Position numbers and translations under genes: made by a program
Shown: in pieces, positions 8,133 to 17,371 of the stretch
Position numbering within the stretch: position 1 is the stretch's first letter
How the letters are laid out: the number at the start of each line of letters is the position of its first letter
The notes under the pieces: model-generated
The model's database searches: none
The model's input: only the letters and a program-made list of their open reading frames with translations
Told to the model about the DNA's origin: nothing
Assembly (NCBI GenBank): GCA_964458565.1
Contig: CAYWJO010000033.1
Span: 1-39,178, forward strand
DNA from: an uncultured archaeon
GTDB taxonomy: Archaea > Asgardarchaeota > Thorarchaeia > Thorarchaeales > Thorarchaeaceae
Reading direction: 5' to 3'
Length of the DNA: 39,178 nt

Positions 8133-9110
8133 TTGTCGAAGAAGAGGAGTAAGCAAACAACAAAACAATCTCGGGGGAAAATGAAAGAACATAGTCCTAT
8201 GGAATTCTATGAAGCTTTCGGTAAACAATTAGATGTAGCTTCAAGAGAGAAGGTGACTATGGTCATCAAAGAGCAATACAAGGATGCTTTTGACGTTCTA
8301 CAAGATTGTGAGAATGCACGGCTCATCCCAGGGATAATCGGCCCACCCGGAATTGGCAAGACCTTGCTTTTACGAGCATACGCCGAAAAGAGCGGAAGAA
8401 ACTTTGAATGGCTTACAGGTGATGAGGGGATTCGTCCAAGCCATCTGATAGGCTCATTTAACCCTGCACTCGTTCTAAATCAAGGATTTACATTGGAGTC
8501 ATTTGAACCAGGACCTCTATTGAAGTCAATGGTTTATGGTGGTGTTTTCGGACTCAACGAGTGTAATAGACTCCCTGAATATGTTCAAAACTCACTCTTA
8601 GAACCGTTTGAGGAACTTACTGTCAATGTTCAACGTCTTGGTCGTATTAGAGCACATGATGAGTTCTTTCCAGTCATTACTCAAAATCCAGAAGAAATGG
8701 CAGGTGCTCATAGATTGTCAGAAGCACTAAGAGACCGCATCCGGGTGTGGATAAGGTTAGGATATCCAAGAAAATCTACAGAGATGGAAATTGTGAAGGT
8801 GAACTGTCCTGAATACAAACTCTCAGATCAGACACTAGAGAGTGTATATGGGTTAGTATCAGCTACTAGAGTAAGTACAGACATCGAGATTCCAGCGTCA
8901 ATAAGAGCAGGAATTTCCATAGCTCGATTAGCTTCTGAAATGGCCAAGAGAGAAGGAAAGAAGGAAGTAGATCATTCAACCATCTCTACAGCTGCATCAT
9001 ATGTATTGACCGGGGCACTTCGCTTTAGACCGGGTGTTGATCCCGAACCTGCAGTGACACGACTCATCCGTACGGCACTAGGTTCAGGTAGAACATCTGG
9101 AGCTGAATAA
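8133..9110 (+). CDS. MoxR-family AAA+ ATPase (CoxD/GvpN-like)
   Basis: Walker A GPPGIGKT, FEPGPL, Walker B variant GLNECNR, sensor TQNP, LSEALRDR, lid motif PASIR. Confidence 0.9.
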   Translation: MSKKRSKQTTKQSRGKMKEHSPMEFYEAFGKQLDVASREKVTMVIKEQYKDAFDVLQDCENARLIPGIIGPPGIGKTLLLRAYAEKSGRNFEWLTGDEGIRPSHLIGSFNPALVLNQGFTLESFEPGPLLKSMVYGGVFGLNECNRLPEYVQNSLLEPFEELTVNVQRLGRIRAHDEFFPVITQNPEEMAGAHRLSEALRDRIRVWIRLGYPRKSTEMEIVKVNCPEYKLSDQTLESVYGLVSATRVSTDIEIPASIRAGISIARLASEMAKREGKKEVDHSTISTAASYVLTGALRFRPGVDPEPAVTRLIRTALGSGRTSGAE

Positions 9111-9111
9111 T

Positions 9112-11655
9112 GTGACCTCTACACCATCACCAATTCCTAGCAGTGTCGTCCCCTTCGCCTACGAATTTGTGAAACGCATGCGAGTTAATGAAGAAGTCAA
9201 GATTAAACCAAGTGTCAGGCAAACACAAGCAATTCCACAGCTATTATCTGCCAAATATTTTAGGAATGGCAGATTGACCCTTGATGACTTCATTGATGCT
9301 GCAGTTCATACAACATATCCTTCCGACCAAGAAATTGCTCGAAAAATTGCGGAGGATATTATCTTAGGCACTGAGAAAACGAGCATAACACTGGAAGCTC
9401 AACAACCGGATGTAAAACAGAAATCACCAGAACAAATGGATGCACTTCAGAGAGTGATGGAGCAAATACGAAAGGAGCAAGAACTTGCAAAGACTATTGT
9501 AAAAGATAAGGTGGAAGCAGGTTATGAGTATCTCCAGAGTTGGAAGGACCGAAGCGATAAGACTCTGTATGAGACTGCTAGAGATTATCTCAATGATGGA
9601 GATATTGTTCTCAGGGGTTTATCAAATGATGAAGAATTAAGACAGGAAGCATCCTCAGAACTATTGGACAGAATTGGCAATCTTACATCAAACGATATCA
9701 AAAATGCAGCCACCCTGGATATATTGGATAGCATATGTGAGCAAGGAAATGCAGCAGAGCAATTAGCAGCGAAAGCGTTACGAGAGTCAATACAAAAAGA
9801 CACGCAGTCGAAAGATAATGAATCACATAGCGCAGAAGACATCGTTAAAGAATTCGAAGAACTAGCTCAGAGAGACCCTTCAACAGCCGCAAGATCATTG
9901 AAGCAAATGGAAGAGTTGAAGGTTCCAGATGAGGAAACATTAGAGAAGCTTGATGAAATTCTTCAAGAGACCCTTTCAAATCTTAGCGAAGCAACAGATT
10001 ATGCTAGAGAGTTAGGTCGTACTCCAGATAATATCGATAGACACATTGAGCAGGCACCACAAGAGTATTCTTTGAGTGATGCAAGGGAGTTTACTGATAG
10101 CATTGAGAAGAGTACTGGAAAAAAACACTCCCATGACTTGTTAGATGAATATGATCAACAATATGATGATGGTGCTTCTGAAAATGTAGATATGCGTCAG
10201 CTTGCAGACTACCCTAATGGAGGGAACTCATGGGAGAGCTTATTGCAGAAGGAAACTGAGGACATTATTGACAGATCTCAGGCACGTTCTTCACCATCTG
10301 ATTATCTTAAACAAAAACTGCGAGAACAAATGGCTCTTAAACAAAATCTACCAAATAATCAGACACGTCAATCTTGGCAAAATTCTGCAGATAGTATAGC
10401 AAATGCTGCAATTAAGTCAACCCCTACTAAATTGGATCTGAGAAAAACTGTACGTTTCTGTAATGCGTCTGGAGCATCCTCAGATATTGAAACGATAAGA
10501 GAAACCGGACAAAACCTAGGGATGTCTGAAGACGAGATTTTAGAGCTTCTTAATCCATCATTTAAGGTAATAAAAAAACTGCTACAAGCAGGCGTGAATG
10601 ATTTTGATAGATTACACAATCTAATTGCAGGTGCTGGGCTCTCACAAAATCAGTTGAGAGAATTAGCAGACCTTGCAAATCAGACAGATAATAGTCAGGC
10701 TTTGGGTGCAATAGCTCACGAGGACTTTGCAGCTGCCTTGGGAATGTCAACGAGTTATAGAGGAAGTCAACAGGGTGGTATTGACCAAGCACGGGCAGAC
10801 AAGGTGATGGGTGGCCTTCTTGGAGGGCCAGCAAATAATATCATTAAAATCTGGTACAGCTATCGTGATGAAATACCTCCGGATTTAAAAGAGAAACTAC
10901 GAAGAATCGCCAAGCGTTTACTTATAGATTTAGGAATGAGATATGCCAAGCATATAATGGGCACATCAATGTTAGGAGGAATAATGCAATCGACAACTGT
11001 GAGACCATTTCGTATTGGTGATGAAATTGACCTTATTGACCTTGAGGAAACAATAGATTCATTGCTTTCGCAAGGAAGAAGCAATTTCGAAACTCTAGAA
11101 CCCGAAGACTTTCTTATACGAGAGACCTACCAGGGTCATAGGGCATTCTTTTGGGCATTAGATAAGAGTGGCTCAATGGATACTCCTGAAAAACTTGGAA
11201 TGTTATCAATATCAGTCATGGCAGGTCTGTATGGTGTGCAGAAAGATGATTTCGGGGTGCTTCTTTTTGATCATGAAACTCATGTTGTGAAGGAAATCGC
11301 AAATAGAAATGTGTCCGTTGAAAAAGTCGCGGCTGATTTACTGGATGTTAGAGCATCTGGTGGCACCGGAGCATCCAAATCCATGACAATGGCACTTGAG
11401 AACTTCAAGGAGACCCGAGCGAAAGAGAAGATATTCATACTCAACACTGACATGTATCTAAGTGATCAAATTCAATGTGAACAACTTGCTCAAGAAATCA
11501 AACAAAACGATATCAGAATGATTATACTTGTGCCAAAGACATCATATAACTTCAGAGCAGCAGAAACAATGGCTAAGAAAGCGCACGGAGTTGTTCTAGA
11601 TATTAATTCGATTGAGGAACTCCCAGAAAAATTACTTCGAATTACGAATTATTAA
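9112..11655 (+). CDS. Large VWA-domain protein (MoxR partner; CoxE/ChlD-like C-terminus)
   Basis: C-terminal IDLEETI pre-VWA motif, MIDAS DKSGS, SGGT, NTD. Long acidic helical middle. Starts 1 nt after the AAA stop. Confidence 0.88.
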   Translation: MTSTPSPIPSSVVPFAYEFVKRMRVNEEVKIKPSVRQTQAIPQLLSAKYFRNGRLTLDDFIDAAVHTTYPSDQEIARKIAEDIILGTEKTSITLEAQQPDVKQKSPEQMDALQRVMEQIRKEQELAKTIVKDKVEAGYEYLQSWKDRSDKTLYETARDYLNDGDIVLRGLSNDEELRQEASSELLDRIGNLTSNDIKNAATLDILDSICEQGNAAEQLAAKALRESIQKDTQSKDNESHSAEDIVKEFEELAQRDPSTAARSLKQMEELKVPDEETLEKLDEILQETLSNLSEATDYARELGRTPDNIDRHIEQAPQEYSLSDAREFTDSIEKSTGKKHSHDLLDEYDQQYDDGASENVDMRQLADYPNGGNSWESLLQKETEDIIDRSQARSSPSDYLKQKLREQMALKQNLPNNQTRQSWQNSADSIANAAIKSTPTKLDLRKTVRFCNASGASSDIETIRETGQNLGMSEDEILELLNPSFKVIKKLLQAGVNDFDRLHNLIAGAGLSQNQLRELADLANQTDNSQALGAIAHEDFAAALGMSTSYRGSQQGGIDQARADKVMGGLLGGPANNIIKIWYSYRDEIPPDLKEKLRRIAKRLLIDLGMRYAKHIMGTSMLGGIMQSTTVRPFRIGDEIDLIDLEETIDSLLSQGRSNFETLEPEDFLIRETYQGHRAFFWALDKSGSMDTPEKLGMLSISVMAGLYGVQKDDFGVLLFDHETHVVKEIANRNVSVEKVAADLLDVRASGGTGASKSMTMALENFKETRAKEKIFILNTDMYLSDQIQCEQLAQEIKQNDIRMIILVPKTSYNFRAAETMAKKAHGVVLDINSIEELPEKLLRITNY

Positions 11656-11681
11656 TTATTTGAAATCTGCAAAGCCTTTTA

Positions 11682-12428
11682 CTAGTCATCCGTTGTTGGT
11701 GAATCAAATCCAGATTTATGTTGCAAGGTCTTATCTTTTACCTCGCTCACCCAAAAACAATAAGCGCAGAGATATTCATCAGACCCAACATCAAGCCATT
11801 TTCTTGCAAATAAGGCTCTCATTACACGCATGTATCTATAGAACAGAGAACCTGGGGGATGTAATTCCACGATGCAATTGAGTTGATAGCCAGTATATTC
11901 CTTTTTTCTACAGTCATACCAATTGAATCCAAGAGCAGCTCTTGGATCATGTAGGATGTTCTGATATGTTGATAATCCGTACAGTTCCATTGCACCTAGA
12001 CGTAGAGGATCCATTTTGGATTCATCCACATGTAACTTTCTATAGATTGATTTTGCATCCTCTATTATATCCTGGAAATTCTTCCCTTGTAATGACAAAA
12101 GTTCACCTTCGAGATTATCAACTTGTCTCTCTAGTTCATGATCATTCAATGTCAACCGAATGAATTTTGGAGCAATATTGAGTCTGAATGGTGAGCCTTG
12201 GAGGTATGTGACAACATCTGATTTGTGAACAGATGATTTAGCTATTGATAGTGAAACATCTGTTTCCTCTGTTGGTTCATCAGCTAAGTTTGCAATTGCT
12301 TGATACAAACGATGAGGGATATTGTTGAGTGGAAAGAATGTTGTAACTCCGTTTCGTTTGACCTCAATTCTTCTCATATCCCGATCGATGAAAAGGGTAT
12401 AATTTTGACCAAGCTCCACTATTGTCAT
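11682..12428 (-). CDS. Hypothetical protein with Cys-containing C-terminal region (C..C..CAYC)
   Basis: 248-aa ORF with SD-like GAGGA upstream. Family not recognised. Confidence 0.7.
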   Translation of the reverse strand: MTIVELGQNYTLFIDRDMRRIEVKRNGVTTFFPLNNIPHRLYQAIANLADEPTEETDVSLSIAKSSVHKSDVVTYLQGSPFRLNIAPKFIRLTLNDHELERQVDNLEGELLSLQGKNFQDIIEDAKSIYRKLHVDESKMDPLRLGAMELYGLSTYQNILHDPRAALGFNWYDCRKKEYTGYQLNCIVELHPPGSLFYRYMRVMRALFARKWLDVGSDEYLCAYCFWVSEVKDKTLQHKSGFDSPTTDD

Positions 12429-12546
12429 AACTACATCCTCGAAATAGCATTATTCACTAATCACTTATACCAATAAGCATATCCTGTATTATATAGTAGA
12501 CACATCTTTATTGTCCGGATACCAAAAAGTTGTAGGTGCCCATTAG

Positions 12547-12828
12547 ATGTATGAAACCTTCGAGATAGACTCACAAGCTGAGTTAATCAAAAGTAGTGAA
12601 CAATTCGCTGGAGTTGATACTAGGAAGGTTCTCGTTTTCATTGACCATGATAACAAAGTCATTTATCTTTGGAGAGGTAAGAAGGCCGACCTTTTCAAGA
12701 AACTTATGGGTACACGCGTAATCGCCAAATTGAGCCACAATTATCCCGATTATCGTATTCGTCCAATAGGTGAAGGTTCAGAACCTGCAGCATTTCTCAC
12801 CTTGATTGGAGCGAAACGCTTTGAATAA
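12547..12828 (+). CDS. Single-domain gelsolin-like protein (Asgard ProGel/1DGel type)
   Basis: VLVFIDHDNKVIYLWRGKKA and IGEGSEPAAFL match the gelsolin repeat consensus (hhhDxxxxxhahWxG...hxEGxEPxxF). SD AGGTG upstream. Confidence 0.85.
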   Translation: MYETFEIDSQAELIKSSEQFAGVDTRKVLVFIDHDNKVIYLWRGKKADLFKKLMGTRVIAKLSHNYPDYRIRPIGEGSEPAAFLTLIGAKRFE

Positions 12829-12857
12829 TCTAAATCCTAATACGAAGATGGAAAGTA

Positions 12858-13151
12858 ATGAGAAGCATTGATGGAAGAGCCTATCTCCATTGGATTCGCA
12901 ATATACGCCCAGGATTAATCTCTAGAACAACAATCATCAGAATGCTTGATGAAACGGAATGGAAGAGTGTATCTGAACTTTCCAAGTCACTTGATGTCAC
13001 TTCTGAAACCATTCGATATCATTTGTTGAATATGTTGAAAGAGAATTTGGTCGAAAGAGAACCTGATGGTCATGGTTGGCGACTTAGCGATATTGACCAA
13101 CCATCTTTAACTGATTTTATAGAGCAAAAATCTCGAAAATCCAAAGGATGA
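12858..13151 (+). CDS. Winged helix-turn-helix protein (ArsR-like) with PIP-box-like tail
   Basis: SVSELSKSLDVTSETIRYHLLNMLKENLVER HTH plus wing GWRL; tail QPSLTDFI. Confidence 0.85.
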   Translation: MRSIDGRAYLHWIRNIRPGLISRTTIIRMLDETEWKSVSELSKSLDVTSETIRYHLLNMLKENLVEREPDGHGWRLSDIDQPSLTDFIEQKSRKSKG

Positions 13152-13225
13152 TATATCAATCTTCTTGAAAACATGCAAAATCTCTATAGGTAGGATGTAA
13201 GAAGTATAGCCTGTTGAGAATAAAA

Positions 13226-13636
13226 ATGAATAAAGAAGAGTTATTCGAGTTCAGTAAGAAATGGCTCAAAGCATGGACGGGTAACAAACCCGAGGACCTT
13301 ATTCAATTCTATGCAGAAGATGCGTTGTATATTGATCCGGCTAATAGGAAGGGGCTAAAAGGGCATGAACAGATTCTCACCTATTTTAAGAAATTACTTG
13401 CATACTATGAGGAATGGGTATGGGAACCGATTGAAGTTTTTCCAATAAATGCAGGTTTTATCCTGAAATGGAAATGTACAATCCCTGTGGATCAAGAAAT
13501 CATAGATGAGATTGGAATTGACATAGTGGAACTCAAGGGCGATATGATATCTAGAAATGAAGTATATTTCGACAGAACTAGCCTTATGGCGGCAGTAAAG
13601 AAGAGAAAGGGACCGATGCGATTAGCAAATCTTTGA
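13226..13636 (+). CDS. SnoaL/NTF2-like fold protein
   Basis: WLKAW..FYAEDALYIDP..GLKG..GIDIVEL..ISRNEVYFD pattern. ATG at 13226 preferred over TTG at 13214. Confidence 0.85.
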   Translation: MNKEELFEFSKKWLKAWTGNKPEDLIQFYAEDALYIDPANRKGLKGHEQILTYFKKLLAYYEEWVWEPIEVFPINAGFILKWKCTIPVDQEIIDEIGIDIVELKGDMISRNEVYFDRTSLMAAVKKRKGPMRLANL

Positions 13637-13680
13637 CATCACATCAACCAACTAATTATCCTAAATCAGATGAGATTTGA

Positions 13681-14235
13681 TCACTCAAAATAGAGAAAAC
13701 GTGAGCTATGACTTGGAAGATCAGATTGAACAAGGCTCAGTTTTGCATCTGTGAATATTCTTGGTTGTCTCATCTCATTGATCCCTGTCACAAATACAAT
13801 TCTGGAAAAAACCCATTCGTCACGTAACCAATTTTGTATGCTGCGGAAAACCCTGATATCCAAATCATCTGCAATTCTTGACTGACGCACCCAAAATCTA
13901 ACAGATGTTTCATAATGCTTACTTTGTAGTAGTGGAGGAAGTGGACGGAAGTATAGACATCCCAGACATATTGTTTCTTCAGGGTTCATGATAGTGAATG
14001 TGAACTCTCTTCTCTCATTGTGGTCTTGCTCATGTCTACTAAGATCCTCAAGGTTTTCTTCTTTCGTGAAATTATCTATGGGCCAATCACTATTTGATAT
14101 ACTACGAAGCATTTCTTTGCTTTCCATTACAGCCTCATAATCCAAATCAACATCCGTGGTTCTTAGAGGTCTAAATACATACTCATCTGTTCGGAGTTCT
14201 TCTGGAACAGCTGCATCATCAGGATAGAAGCTCAT
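13681..14235 (-). CDS. GNAT/RimJ-like N-acetyltransferase family protein
   Basis: FRPL..DVDLDYEAVMES, WP..T.EENL.DL.RH, FTFT..CLGCLY, VRFWVR pattern. Confidence 0.7.
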   Translation of the reverse strand: MSFYPDDAAVPEELRTDEYVFRPLRTTDVDLDYEAVMESKEMLRSISNSDWPIDNFTKEENLEDLSRHEQDHNERREFTFTIMNPEETICLGCLYFRPLPPLLQSKHYETSVRFWVRQSRIADDLDIRVFRSIQNWLRDEWVFSRIVFVTGINEMRQPRIFTDAKLSLVQSDLPSHSSRFLYFE

Positions 14236-14371
14236 ATCGTTTTACAAAACAAGATTACACAAATACATAATGTTCTAGGTAGAAGAAAGTACCACCTATT
14301 ATTGGTGATAGCCAGATAAGAATAGCTATATGCATCAATTAAAAGGTGCGCTGTAGAATTCTTGTGACTAG

Positions 14372-15376
14372 ATGAAGATGGGAATAAAGCACAAATTCAT
14401 GAAAAATGTCATCATGAGAATTGGTTTACCTAGGATCAAACGAATGATAATGAAACAGAGGTCGCTATTTGAGAGATCAGGAATTCTTCGTCCAACATCG
14501 GATTCTCCCACAAGGTTTGAGATACCTCTTGAGGCGATGAATCTATTTCAAGAGCGAGACGATATTGAAATGAGACACATTTTCCCCATTAGACGCCTTC
14601 TATCAATAATGAAGAACATTCATCTCTCTGTTGATTCAATTGAAGATAATCCATCAGTTCCTTCTTCAGATACTTCTCCAGAGTTTTTAAAACAACTTCA
14701 GGATTTCTCCCAAAGTAAAGGAATAAGCCAATTAGGATTCGTTAAGTTACCACAAAATCTCATCTTTCAAAAATTTGGAGTTTTATATGATAATGCCATC
14801 ATTCTTGCGATGGAGATGAGTAAAGAGAAGATTGACCAAGCCCCAAGCCAAGTAACCATGAATATGGTGTTTGGGACATATGATGAATTAGGTAAAGTAG
14901 CTAACAAAATTGCTGAGTTTCTCAGAGAACATGGGTATGCTGCACAGGCAGACCATCCACTTGGTGGACTAGTTCTATTTCCCCCTCTTGCTCAGAAAGC
15001 TGGAATTGGCTGGGTTGGAAAACACGGTCTCCTGATAACCCGGGATTTTGGTCCCAGAGTGAGGTTAGCAGCTGTGTATACGAGCATTGAGAATCTTTCA
15101 TTCGCGAATTCAAACGACTATGAATGGATTGCTGAATATTGCAAAATTTGCGGGATATGCATCAAGCAGTGTCCACCAAAAGCAATACTGGAAGAGTCTA
15201 TCCTGCATGATACAGGTCGAAGAACCGATATCTCTCAACAAGATTGCTTCGAATACTTCGCACAATACTATGGATGCTCGGTGTGTGTTAAGGTATGTCC
15301 ATTCTCCGATGGTGTTGATGCTTATGAGCGATTAAAGAAAGTGGTTGAGAAGAGAAAATTAGCAAAGACGAATTAA
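14372..15376 (+). CDS. QueG/reductive dehalogenase superfamily 2x[4Fe-4S] (probably corrinoid-binding) protein
   Basis: AQKAGIGWVGKHGLLITRDFGPRVRLAAV, CKICGICIKQCP and C..GCSVCVKVCPF. No Tat signal. Confidence 0.85.
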   Translation: MKMGIKHKFMKNVIMRIGLPRIKRMIMKQRSLFERSGILRPTSDSPTRFEIPLEAMNLFQERDDIEMRHIFPIRRLLSIMKNIHLSVDSIEDNPSVPSSDTSPEFLKQLQDFSQSKGISQLGFVKLPQNLIFQKFGVLYDNAIILAMEMSKEKIDQAPSQVTMNMVFGTYDELGKVANKIAEFLREHGYAAQADHPLGGLVLFPPLAQKAGIGWVGKHGLLITRDFGPRVRLAAVYTSIENLSFANSNDYEWIAEYCKICGICIKQCPPKAILEESILHDTGRRTDISQQDCFEYFAQYYGCSVCVKVCPFSDGVDAYERLKKVVEKRKLAKTN

Positions 15377-15636
15377 ATTGAATTAGTGAATTAGGTAAGG
15401 CTTCATTTCCACATACACCTTTCGAATTAAATCTACAGGAGAAATTATTTGGTTAGAAAGTTTCCGTGAACTTTCGGTTATTAACATTGGATTTTCGATA
15501 TAAACAGTGATTTCCAGTTATCACAAGTCAGATGATAACTTAGCGAAAATCATTTTACTTTGCGGAATACTATGATTGGGAATGATTTCTATCTCTCAAA
15601 AAGAATTGCTGAGTTCGTTGAGTTTCCATCAGAAGA

Positions 15637-15783
15637 TTATCCAGCGATGACTAACACCAGAAAGATAGTAACGGCAACAAGCATTAAAATAAAACTACCA
15701 CAAATCCATGGTAGAGAGTAAGCTTTACCTTTTTTAAGATAACCCGAACTATCGTAATCCAGGGTAGGCTTTCCGTAAGTCAT
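15637..15783 (-). CDS. Small (48 aa) single-pass C-terminally anchored membrane protein; not in ORF track
   Basis: Manual translation MTYGKPTLDYDSSGYLKKGKAYSLPWICGSFILMLVAVTIFLVLVIAG*. A strong TATA (TTTTATATA) lies ~25-35 nt upstream on the minus strand. Confidence 0.6.
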   Translation of the reverse strand: MTYGKPTLDYDSSGYLKKGKAYSLPWICGSFILMLVAVTIFLVLVIAG

Positions 15784-16031
15784 AATATTCAAAAATTGAG
15801 GAAGAGCCTATATATAAAATGAATGGTAAGATTGGCTTTCAATCCCTCTGTCACATACTTACTCACCATGATGTTTGATTCCTATAGAATCTATTAGATG
15901 TCAGTTTAGTTTCTCTTTGTACCCGTCCAAAGATGATATTGCCCAAGGTTCTTCAATGTCAAATACACACACCCTTGTACAGATCATACAAACATGCTGT
16001 ATTTATCAATCACGTTCACCCTTAATGTCCC

Positions 16032-16670
16032 ATGAAAAAGGATCCTAAGGATATCGTAAGAGATGGATATGATAGGATAGCTGAACAGTATGATAATGAT
16101 AAATATAGGTCTCATTTCAGTGATGAAGCAGAGCTCGATGAGTTCATGAGTCTTGTAAAACCAGGTGGTCATGTCTTAGATGCTGGTTGTGGTTCTGGTA
16201 GACGAGTTGCACGAGTTCTTGTTGATAATGGGTTTCAAGTAACAGGGATCGATATTTCTCAGAAGATGATTGATCTAGCTAAACATCTCGGACCTGAAGC
16301 GACCTTTGAAGTTGGAGATATGACCGCATTAAATTTTGAGGATGACTCATTTGATGGCATTGTCTCAACATATGCAGTCTTTCATGTACCAAGAACGAAG
16401 CATTTCAGTCTCTTCCTAGATTTTCATCGTATTCTCAGGAAGGGAGGTGCTCTCTTATTCAGCGTTGGAGTTCGTTCAGAAGGTACTGATGGAGTGTGGG
16501 AGTGGGATGAGTTCCAATCTGTACCTATGTACTGGAGTTACCATGGTCCAGAGAAGAGTATTGAACTACTCAAATCTGCAGATTTTGAGATCATTTTCGC
16601 GAGGAATGTTGAAACTCAAATTCAAACTGAAACTGAAACTCATTTCTGGATTCTTGCAAGAACAAAGTAA
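16032..16670 (+). CDS. Class I SAM-dependent methyltransferase
   Basis: VLDAGCGSG motif I, GIDIS, GDM, SFDG, RILRKGG. Confidence 0.93.
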   Translation: MKKDPKDIVRDGYDRIAEQYDNDKYRSHFSDEAELDEFMSLVKPGGHVLDAGCGSGRRVARVLVDNGFQVTGIDISQKMIDLAKHLGPEATFEVGDMTALNFEDDSFDGIVSTYAVFHVPRTKHFSLFLDFHRILRKGGALLFSVGVRSEGTDGVWEWDEFQSVPMYWSYHGPEKSIELLKSADFEIIFARNVETQIQTETETHFWILARTK

Positions 16671-16764
16671 TACGACTTACAGACTCTGACCAACCTGAGA
16701 AATCGCAGGATAACAAGGGGTTAATTGTAGTTTCTCAGGATAAGAAAGTTAACCAGTTGGATCG

Positions 16765-17220
16765 CTAGTATTGTTCACAGATTGAACGCAGTTCAGTTAT
16801 TTGCTGTTTCTCCTCATTTGCTAAATATTCGAATAACCTACTTACAAGCTCAGATTTTGAACGAGTAGATAATCGCAGATATAGAGTATAGGTCTTGATA
16901 CTTTTCTCTAGCACTTCATTACAAATGAATATTCGAGGGTCTGTTGTGTTCCGTGAGGGGCTGATAGGAGTTGAATCAGGTATTGAACCAGAGTCAGCCT
17001 CTGTAAGCGTTTCAATCTCATCAAGTATCCCTGTTGCCATCATATGGACAATCTTCTCAACGGCTCGAGATTCTGATTCTGCGAGATTGTATAAGAGTGT
17101 CTTTACCTCAACCATTTTTGCATTATTTGCCAAATTTAGTAGAAATTCATGTTGCGATTTCGCTGCGTTAAGGGCTAGTTTCAACATTGGTTTTAGGGGG
17201 TCAATTGCAATCAAAGTCAA
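16765..17220 (-). CDS. Ferritin-like/rubrerythrin-fold protein with degenerate metal ligands
   Basis: Two-fold helical repeat (LLYNLAESE / LFEYLANEEKQQ; EKSIKTYTLY). The canonical ExxH histidines are missing. Confidence 0.6.
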   Translation of the reverse strand: MTLIAIDPLKPMLKLALNAAKSQHEFLLNLANNAKMVEVKTLLYNLAESESRAVEKIVHMMATGILDEIETLTEADSGSIPDSTPISPSRNTTDPRIFICNEVLEKSIKTYTLYLRLSTRSKSELVSRLFEYLANEEKQQITELRSICEQY

Positions 17221-17371
17221 TCAATAAAAACTGCTAGAATTTGAAGATAGTGTTTTCTATCATGAATTCAGCTTGGGTCGATAGTTAATAATTTGATTCA
17301 ATTCTTCAAACAGATTAATTTCTAAGGTGGATTGTATATAGCATATGAAACAGAGGAGGCTTTGAGATATT

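Noticed and set aside
16611-16640. Micro-repeat gaaact(g/c) in the methyltransferase
   Set aside because: Short in-frame low-complexity stretch (ETQIQTETET); too short to suggest phase variation.
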